NCBI GenBank assembly: GCA_964527775.1
Contig: CAZGQS010000001.1
Coordinates: 126,039 to 190,038, forward strand
Direction: 5' to 3'
Origin: an uncultured Rhizobium sp.
GTDB lineage: Bacteria > Bacteroidota > Bacteroidia > NS11-12g > UBA955
Length of the DNA stretch: 64,000 nt
Shown: positions 57,549-64,000 of the stretch, in pieces
Position numbering within the stretch: the first letter of the stretch is position 1
Layout: the number at the start of each line of letters is the position of its first letter
Made by a program: the position numbers and the translations under genes
Notes under the pieces: model-generated
The model's database searches: none
What the model was told of the DNA's origin: nothing
Seen by the model: the letters and a program-made list of their open reading frames with translations, nothing else

Positions 57549-60500
57549 ATGTCAAATAATATCAAATACTGGAAAGGCGAAGAGGAATTAAACAGAGATC
57601 CTCAGTTTTTAGCTGACCAAAAACGTGAATTTGGAGAAGCATTGCCTTTAGATAAAGCATTGTCTGATGAAGGGTTTGAATTAAACTCTAATCGTCGTGA
57701 CTTCTTGAAGTACTTTGGCTTTAGCGTAACTGCAGTAGCCTTGGCTTCTTGTTATAAAACAAAAGTTAGACACGCAGTTCCTTACTTAGTGAAACCCGAA
57801 GATGTTACTCCAGGTGTTGCTAACTATTACCGCTCTACCTGTAACTCATGTTCAGTAGGTTGTGGAATAGAAGTGAAAGTGCGTGAAGGTAGACCTATTA
57901 AGCTAGACGGTAGCCCTGATTCACCTATTTCTAAAGGTGGTTTGTGTGCTACAGGACAAGCATCAATCTTATCACTATACGATACAGAAAGATTGGCGAA
58001 TCCTTTAGTTAAAGGTGAGGAGAACAAAGACTGGAATTCTATTGACGGAGATATCAAAGGTAAATTAGCCAAAATGAGCGCTAATTCAGAAGCCGTTGTC
58101 TTGATTTCAAATTCAATTCATAGTCCTTCAACCTTAAAAACAATTGAAACTTTCACTACTACATATCCAAATGTTAAACACATCATGTATGATGCTGTAT
58201 CATACAATGGTATGTTGGAAGCCAATTTAAAGGATTTTGGTAAGCGTGCAATTCCTCATTACAATATGGGCGCTGCTAAGGTGATTGTTTCTTTTGCTGC
58301 AGATTTCTTAGGAACTTGGATTTCACCCGTTGAATTTCAACGTGAATACTCAGTAAATCGTCGTCCTGAAAACAAAGACGGCATGTCTGTACACATTCAG
58401 TTTGAAAGTAATTTGTCAATTACCGGTACAAATGCTGACCATAGATTCCCCATGTTGGCATCTAAGGAGTTAGCATATGTAGCAACATTGTATAATTATA
58501 TTGCAAAAGCTAAAGGTATCGCACAGATTGCTGTTCCTACCAACTCTGAATTGGCAGGAAATTCAATTGAAAAAGCAGCGAAAATTTTGATCGCAAACGA
58601 AGGTAAATCTTTGGTTATCTCTGGAAGTAATTCTGTTGAAGTACAAAGAGTCATCAACGCAATCAACATGCTTTTGGGCAGCTATAACAGCACCATTGAC
58701 ATTCAGAATCACTCAAACCAGTTCAAAGGCGATGATAATGCTATCCAAAATGCATTTGACGGCCTAAACAAAGGAACAATCAAAGGTGTAATTTTCTACG
58801 GAGCAAATCCTGCTTACAATCACAATAAAGATTGGGCGGCTGCTATCGCTAAAGCATCATTGTCAGTTAGCTTGTCTTCTACTAAAGACGAATCTGCTGC
58901 ATCTTGCCAGTATGTTTTACCTGATAACCATTTCTTAGAAAGTTGGGGTGATGCTGAACCAATCAAAGGACACGTTCATTTCATACAGCCAACAATTTCA
59001 AATGTATTTAATACCCGCCAAGCTCAAGAAACATTATTGACTTGGTCAAATGCTTTACCAGGAAATGAAAACGATCCTTTTGCTAAAAAAGGCATTCTTT
59101 CACAAAAATTAGAAGCAGCTCCTTATTACCTATTCTTGAAAGCTTTCTGGGAAGGTAGAGTTGCTGATTTCAATAAAGCATTAGAAATTGGTTATGTGAG
59201 CACAGCAGATGCTACTTCAACTCCAGCATCTTATGCAGGAACCGTTGCTGATTTGGCTGGTGCAGTTTCTAAGTCAAATAGCAGCAATGGTATTGATTTA
59301 GTGCTTTACCAATCTGTTGGTATGCGCGATGGTGCTTCTGGAAACAACCCATGGTTGTTTGAATTACCAGATCCAGTGAGCAAAGTTTGTTGGGATAACT
59401 ACGTTTCTTTGCCTAAATCTTTAGCAGTTTCTTTGGGAATTGAAAAAGATGATACGGTTAATATTGAAATTAACGGTGTAAAATTACAGAATGTTCCTGC
59501 CATGGTTCAACCAGGTCAATCGAACAATACCGTTGGATTGGCTGTAGGTTTCGGACATACACACGCTGGAAAAGTAGGTGGATCGATTGAAAAAGGATTC
59601 GCACCTGTAGGTGTAAATGCTTACAAATTCATGTCAGCTACCCGTTCAATGGTTGTCAATAATGTTACCATCTCTAAGGGTGATGATTCTTATCCATTGG
59701 CACAAACTCAAACCCACCACAGTATTGAGGGTCGTGACATTGTAAAAGAGTCAACGTTTGCTGAGTTCCAAAAGAATCCAAAAGCGGGTAACGAAAAAGC
59801 GGCAACACATATTTACACCATTTGGGAAAAAGCTGAATACCGTAAAGATGGTTCACCTAATCACCTTTGGGGAATGGCTATCGACTTAAATGCATGTACT
59901 GGTTGCGGAGCTTGTGTTGTTAGTTGCTCTATTGAGAATAACGTTCCAGTAGTAGGTCGTGATGAGATCAGACTTCGTCGTGAAATGCATTGGATTCGTA
60001 TCGATAGATACTATTCTTTTGCAAATACACAAAAGGAAATGTTCAACGGTGCTTCTTATGTTACTGAAGAAGATAAAGTAACTGAGTTAGATGCTGTATC
60101 TACCAAAGATACCGGATATTCTCATTGGGAAAATGTACAAGTGATTCATCAACCAATGATGTGTCAGCATTGCTCTCAAGCACCTTGCGAAACGGTTTGT
60201 CCAGTATTGGCAACAACCCATTCATCTGAAGGATTGAACCAAATGACATACAACCGTTGTATTGGAACTAAATACTGCGGAAACAACTGTCCTTACAAGG
60301 TTCGTCGTTTCAACTGGTTCCGTTATAACGACAACGATAGGTTTGACTTCCATTTCAATAATCCTTTGGGTAAAATGGTCATCAATCCTGATGTTACCGT
60401 TAGAACAAGAGGTGTGATGGAGAAATGTTCATTCTGCGTACAAAAGATTCAAGAAGCTAAATTGAAAGTAAAACGCGAAGGCGGATCTCCTCAAGAAGTA

Positions 60501-60686
60501 AAAGTTGAAACTGCTTGTCAACGTGCTTGTCCTTCAAATGCAATTGTATTTGGTGACTTACACAATGAGAACAGCGAAATCAGCAAGTTGTATAAGAATG
60601 AAAGATCATTTGGTGTGTTGGAACAGTTGAACATTCAATCATCTGTTAAATACATGACCAAGATTCGTAATACTCAAAATATTTAA
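57549..60686 (+). CDS. actB: Alternative complex III subunit ActB (molybdopterin-oxidoreductase-like plus Fe-S domains)
   Basis: Twin-arginine signal [10 protein letters not shown] followed by ALASC, an N-terminal Cys cluster CNSCSVGC...C, and ferredoxin-type clusters [25 protein letters not shown] and [12 protein letters not shown]. Confidence 0.9.
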   Translation: MSNNIKYWKGEEELNRDPQFLADQKREFGEALPLDKALSDEGFELNSNRRDFLKYFGFSVTAVALASCYKTKVRHAVPYLVKPEDVTPGVANYYRSTCNSCSVGCGIEVKVREGRPIKLDGSPDSPISKGGLCATGQASILSLYDTERLANPLVKGEENKDWNSIDGDIKGKLAKMSANSEAVVLISNSIHSPSTLKTIETFTTTYPNVKHIMYDAVSYNGMLEANLKDFGKRAIPHYNMGAAKVIVSFAADFLGTWISPVEFQREYSVNRRPENKDGMSVHIQFESNLSITGTNADHRFPMLASKELAYVATLYNYIAKAKGIAQIAVPTNSELAGNSIEKAAKILIANEGKSLVISGSNSVEVQRVINAINMLLGSYNSTIDIQNHSNQFKGDDNAIQNAFDGLNKGTIKGVIFYGANPAYNHNKDWAAAIAKASLSVSLSSTKDESAASCQYVLPDNHFLESWGDAEPIKGHVHFIQPTISNVFNTRQAQETLLTWSNALPGNENDPFAKKGILSQKLEAAPYYLFLKAFWEGRVADFNKALEIGYVSTADATSTPASYAGTVADLAGAVSKSNSSNGIDLVLYQSVGMRDGASGNNPWLFELPDPVSKVCWDNYVSLPKSLAVSLGIEKDDTVNIEINGVKLQNVPAMVQPGQSNNTVGLAVGFGHTHAGKVGGSIEKGFAPVGVNAYKFMSATRSMVVNNVTISKGDDSYPLAQTQTHHSIEGRDIVKESTFAEFQKNPKAGNEKAATHIYTIWEKAEYRKDGSPNHLWGMAIDLNACTGCGACVVSCSIENNVPVVGRDEIRLRREMHWIRIDRYYSFANTQKEMFNGASYVTEEDKVTELDAVSTKDTGYSHWENVQVIHQPMMCQHCSQAPCETVCPVLATTHSSEGLNQMTYNRCIGTKYCGNNCPYKVRRFNWFRYNDNDRFDFHFNNPLGKMVINPDVTVRTRGVMEKCSFCVQKIQEAKLKVKREGGSPQEVKVETACQRACPSNAIVFGDLHNENSEISKLYKNERSFGVLEQLNIQSSVKYMTKIRNTQNI

Positions 60687-60703
60687 CCCCACAAATTAAA
60701 AAA

Positions 60704-62053
60704 ATGATACACGATTCATTAATCAGGGAAAGGTTAGTTACCGGCGATAAAACCGCCGCTGACGTAACCAGAGATATTTCCCGTCCGATTTTAAATCAGC
60801 CATCAAGTGCATGGAAAGTAGGTTTTACATTGTCTATTGTGTTTTTGGCGATTTTTGGAATCAGCTTGTTCTACACTCTTTGGACAGGTATTGGCGTATG
60901 GAATATCAATAAATCTGTGATGTGGGGTTGGGATATCACCAACTTCGTATTTTGGGTGGGTATTGGTCACGCAGGAACATTGATTTCAGCGGTATTGTTA
61001 TTGTTCCGTCAAAAATGGCGGATGAGTATCAACCGTTCAGCGGAAGCGATGACCATCTTCGCCGTAATATGTGCTGCTATGTTCCCTGTTTTCCACATGG
61101 GACGTGTTTGGGTAGGTTACTGGGCATTGCCTCTTCCTAACGCATTTGGTTCTTTGTGGGTTAACTACAATTCTCCACTGTTGTGGGACGTATTCGCGAT
61201 TTCTACATATTTCTCGGTATCGTTGTTATTTTGGTACATTGGTTTAATTCCTGATATTGCAACTATTCGCGATAAAGTAAAAACTAAAACTGCCAAATAC
61301 TGGTACAACTTCTTTGCTATGGGTTGGACTGGTAGTACTCGCACCTGGGCTAGATATGAATTAGTTTCATTGATTTTGGCCGGTTTAAGTACTCCACTGG
61401 TACTTTCGGTACATACCATTGTATCAACTGACTTTGCGACTTCGGTAATCCCTGGTTGGCATACAACCATTTTCCCTCCTTACTTTGTAGCGGGTGCCAT
61501 TTTCTCTGGATTTGGTATGGTTGCTACCTTGTTAGTTGTTGCTCGTAAAGTAATGAACTATGAAAATTACATTACTATTGGACACCTTGAGGCGATGACA
61601 AAGATCATCATGGTTACCGGTACATTGGTTGGTATCGCATACATTACGGAATTCTTTATTGCATGGTATTCTGGTGTTCCAGAAGAGCAATATGCATTCT
61701 TAAATCGTGCATTTGGACCATACTGGTGGGCATATTGGAGTATGATGAGTTGTAATTTGATTGCACCTCAGGTATTTTGGTTCAAATGGGCTAGAACTAC
61801 GCCTTGGTTCATTTTCATTATGAGTATTGTAGTGAATGTGGGTATGTGGTTTGAGCGTTTTGTGATCATTGTAACCTCTTTGCATAGAGATTACTTGCCA
61901 AGTAGCTGGGTAATGTATGCAGGTTCATTGACTGAAATTGGGTTGTTTTTGGGAACATTTGGAATTTTCTTCACTTGTTTCTTCTTGTTTGCTAAGTTCT
62001 TGCCCGTTATTAACATGGCTGAGGTTAAGAGCATTTTGAGAAACCGCGAATAA
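60704..62053 (+). CDS. actC: Alternative complex III subunit ActC (NrfD/PsrC-like quinol-interacting membrane subunit)
   Basis: About 10 TM helices and an NrfD-like pattern ([23 protein letters not shown]). Its position follows actB. Confidence 0.88.
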   Translation: MIHDSLIRERLVTGDKTAADVTRDISRPILNQPSSAWKVGFTLSIVFLAIFGISLFYTLWTGIGVWNINKSVMWGWDITNFVFWVGIGHAGTLISAVLLLFRQKWRMSINRSAEAMTIFAVICAAMFPVFHMGRVWVGYWALPLPNAFGSLWVNYNSPLLWDVFAISTYFSVSLLFWYIGLIPDIATIRDKVKTKTAKYWYNFFAMGWTGSTRTWARYELVSLILAGLSTPLVLSVHTIVSTDFATSVIPGWHTTIFPPYFVAGAIFSGFGMVATLLVVARKVMNYENYITIGHLEAMTKIIMVTGTLVGIAYITEFFIAWYSGVPEEQYAFLNRAFGPYWWAYWSMMSCNLIAPQVFWFKWARTTPWFIFIMSIVVNVGMWFERFVIIVTSLHRDYLPSSWVMYAGSLTEIGLFLGTFGIFFTCFFLFAKFLPVINMAEVKSILRNRE

Positions 62054-62069
62054 TTAAATAGATTCTAAC

Positions 62070-62627
62070 ATGGCTATTTTAGATAAAAACTTAAGTCTTA
62101 GAAACCGCAACAAGATATTGGTTGGGGTTTGGGAAGATGAAGATGCTCTTGTAGATGCAGCTCATGCATTGGTTGACAAGGGAATTCATATTCATGATAT
62201 TTACACTCCTTACCCAGTGCACGGTTTAGATCGTATCATTGGTGTAAAAAGAAGTAAATTGGCACGAGTTGCTTTCTTGTGCGGATTGACCGGTCTTATA
62301 CTTATGGTTACCATGATTTGGTATATGTATGTTATTGATTGGCCCATCAACATAGGTAATAAACCCGTTCGTTTTACTCCTTCTTGGATCCCTGTAATGT
62401 TTGAAGGTACAGTATTGTGCACTGCTTATGGAATGGGATTCTTTTTCTTTTGGAGAAATAGAATGCTTTTTGCAGTGAAGAACGATTTGTTAGATGATCG
62501 TCAAACCGACGACAGATTGGTGGTTGCCATTGAAACTGTTGAAGGTATGAATGAAGCAGAAGTTGTTGAATTAATGAAGTCAAAGGGTGCTGTTGAAACC
62601 AAAGAGTTTCAGGCAGTTTGTAAATAA
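62070..62627 (+). CDS. actD: Alternative complex III subunit ActD (DUF3341-type)
   Basis: Size, a two-TM central segment and its position between actC and actE. Confidence 0.75.
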   Translation: MAILDKNLSLRNRNKILVGVWEDEDALVDAAHALVDKGIHIHDIYTPYPVHGLDRIIGVKRSKLARVAFLCGLTGLILMVTMIWYMYVIDWPINIGNKPVRFTPSWIPVMFEGTVLCTAYGMGFFFFWRNRMLFAVKNDLLDDRQTDDRLVVAIETVEGMNEAEVVELMKSKGAVETKEFQAVCK

Positions 62628-62641
62628 TTAAGGAGATTAAA

Positions 62642-63277
62642 ATGTCAAAGAAATTAAATTTAGCTGTTGCATCCCTTGTTCTCGTTGTTTTGGGCACTGG
62701 TTGCGTAAGCCGTGGAAATGATCCAGGTTGGGAATATGCACCTGACATGTATTATTCAAAAGGCTATGAACCCTACAATCAAGGTGATTCATTTACTCTT
62801 AATCCTCATGGTATGAGTATGAGAACTCCAGTAGAGGGTACAGTTGCTGTTGGTAAGTCGGATTTTCATTATTCTTTGCCCAATACAGGTGAAGGATATG
62901 AGGCTGCCGCCACTCAAGTAGTTACTCCTGCTGGTATTGATCAAATTGATACCCGTGGAAAGTATATGTATGAAATTTATTGCTCTCCTTGCCACGGCAA
63001 CACAGGCAATAATGACGGTGGTGTCTTCAAGAAAGTTTCAACATTGAAACCTGCTTGGAAAGGTTATACCGATGATTACATTAAAAATCTTCCTGAGGGA
63101 CAAATCTACCATGTACTTACCTACGGAAAGAATAACATGGGTAGCCACGCATCGGTTTTAAAACCCGTTGATCGTTGGAGAGTTGTTAAATATGTTAAAC
63201 TATTAAGCCAAGGTGGTACTTCTAGTGCTGTTGCATCAAACACAACATCATCAGATTCAGCCGCAGTAGCAAAGTAA
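62642..63277 (+). CDS. actE: Alternative complex III subunit ActE (monohaem cytochrome c lipoprotein)
   Basis: Lipobox VLGTGC, a single CXXCH (CSPCHG), and its position in the operon. Confidence 0.8.
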   Translation: MSKKLNLAVASLVLVVLGTGCVSRGNDPGWEYAPDMYYSKGYEPYNQGDSFTLNPHGMSMRTPVEGTVAVGKSDFHYSLPNTGEGYEAAATQVVTPAGIDQIDTRGKYMYEIYCSPCHGNTGNNDGGVFKKVSTLKPAWKGYTDDYIKNLPEGQIYHVLTYGKNNMGSHASVLKPVDRWRVVKYVKLLSQGGTSSAVASNTTSSDSAAVAK

Positions 63278-63294
63278 TTCTAATTTGAATTTTT

Positions 63295-64000
63295 ATGGGA
63301 CACGGACATCATATTGAAATTAAGCAAGAAACCTTTTCTATGCCTGCTAAGGCAAAGAACTTAACACTAATTGTTATGGTTATTGGTTTGGTTCTTTCTG
63401 GAATTGGTATTGCTACAATTGATCATAATACCAATGGTTTTGTTGCTGTATCAGGACATCACGATGCTCATGCTACTGAAGCGAAACACGAAGGTGATCA
63501 CGCAGCTGAATCAGCTAAACATGAAGCACATGAAGGTCATGAGGCTTCATCAGCTGAAGCGACACATGAAGAGCATGGAAACGTTGAAACCGAAGCTTTT
63601 GGTCCAAGAGTTACTTACACATCTCAAGATAAACCTTGGGCAACAAGAATTTGGGCTAACCTTTTGGTTGCAGGTTATTTCTTCACCATGGTATCTTTAT
63701 GTGGATTATTCTGGTATGCCATCCAATATGCTGCAAACGCAGGTTGGTCAAGCTCACTGAAAAGAGTTCCTGAGGCTATCTACACGTTCATTCCAGTGCC
63801 TTTTGTGGTGTTGTTAATTGCGGTTTTTATGGGTAAAAATGACATTTACCATTGGGCGCACTACGAACATTTGCATTTAGGACCTAATGATGCTGGATAT
63901 GATAAGATTCTTGCTGGAAAATCAGGTTTCCTAAATACACCAATGTTATTCATACTTCCTTCCGTTTTGGTGGCTATTTGGGTGTTTTTGGGAAGTAGAT
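63295..64000 (+). CDS. actF: Alternative complex III subunit ActF (second NrfD-like membrane subunit), 5-prime part; continues beyond the right edge
   Basis: Not in the ORF track because it has no in-window stop. Hand translation from the ATG at 63295 gives MGHGHHIEIKQETFSMPAKAKNLTLIVMVIGLVLSGIGIA...WATRIWANLLVAGYFFTMVSLCGLFWYAIQYAANAGW.... It has TM helices and the expected position after actE. Confidence 0.75.
   Translation, partial: MGHGHHIEIKQETFSMPAKAKNLTLIVMVIGLVLSGIGIATIDHNTNGFVAVSGHHDAHATEAKHEGDHAAESAKHEAHEGHEASSAEATHEEHGNVETEAFGPRVTYTSQDKPWATRIWANLLVAGYFFTMVSLCGLFWYAIQYAANAGWSSSLKRVPEAIYTFIPVPFVVLLIAVFMGKNDIYHWAHYEHLHLGPNDAGYDKILAGKSGFLNTPMLFILPSVLVAIWVFLGSR

Noticed and set aside
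63371-63760. 129-aa ORF in the track (MLWLLVWFFLELVLL...)
   Set aside because: It is in a different frame of the same strand as ActF and has a low-complexity Leu/Met-rich composition. The frame starting at 63295 gives a coherent NrfD-like membrane protein that continues to the window edge.
1-64000. Search for tRNA/rRNA genes, CRISPR arrays, IS elements, integrases, prophage or defence islands
   Set aside because: No intergenic space is long enough. No direct-repeat/spacer periodicity, terminal inverted repeats or transposase/integrase-like ORFs were seen by eye. A tRNAscan or Infernal run would be the definitive check.

Overview
The window is AT-rich and almost entirely coding (intergenic gaps are at most about 320 bp). 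It looks like a chromosomal segment of a Bacteroidota, probably a Flavobacteriia-type organism. Evidence for that placement: two very large proteins end in the gliding-motility/T9SS type B C-terminal sorting domain. A complete alternative complex III operon (actABCDEF order) runs off the right edge. Several genes are preceded by the Bacteroidota TAnnTTTG -7 promoter motif. Most start codons lack a Shine-Dalgarno sequence.

Gene content is mostly housekeeping: gyrB (partial, left edge), pcm, pepP-like, folC, rplU-rpmA, fmt, rnr, ung, serS, map, rpsA, cca-like and a polyprenyl synthase, interspersed with envelope genes. I found no rRNA, tRNA, CRISPR array, transposase, integrase, phage module or recognisable defence system. 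I see no clear-cut novel multi-gene system.

The candidates most worth a second look are:
- A translationally coupled TolC/HlyD/ABC-type module (902-4611) whose ABC component stops exactly at the end of the transmembrane domain and has no ATPase. It sits in a six-gene same-strand array with an initiating sugar-phosphate transferase.
- A free-standing, membrane-tethered monohaem cytochrome c (55362-55901) that is a paralog of an extra N-terminal module fused to ActA, which makes ActA a predicted hexahaem protein.
- A GT-C-like polytopic protein with C-terminal TPRs (TMTC-like architecture, 45857-48655).
- Rare strong SD-like motifs at rpsA (with a TTG start), at an ECF sigma gene and at actE.
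- A His-rich loop in ActF.

All functional calls come from reading motifs and architecture in the supplied translations or my own hand translations. No database search, HMM scan or folding computation was run.
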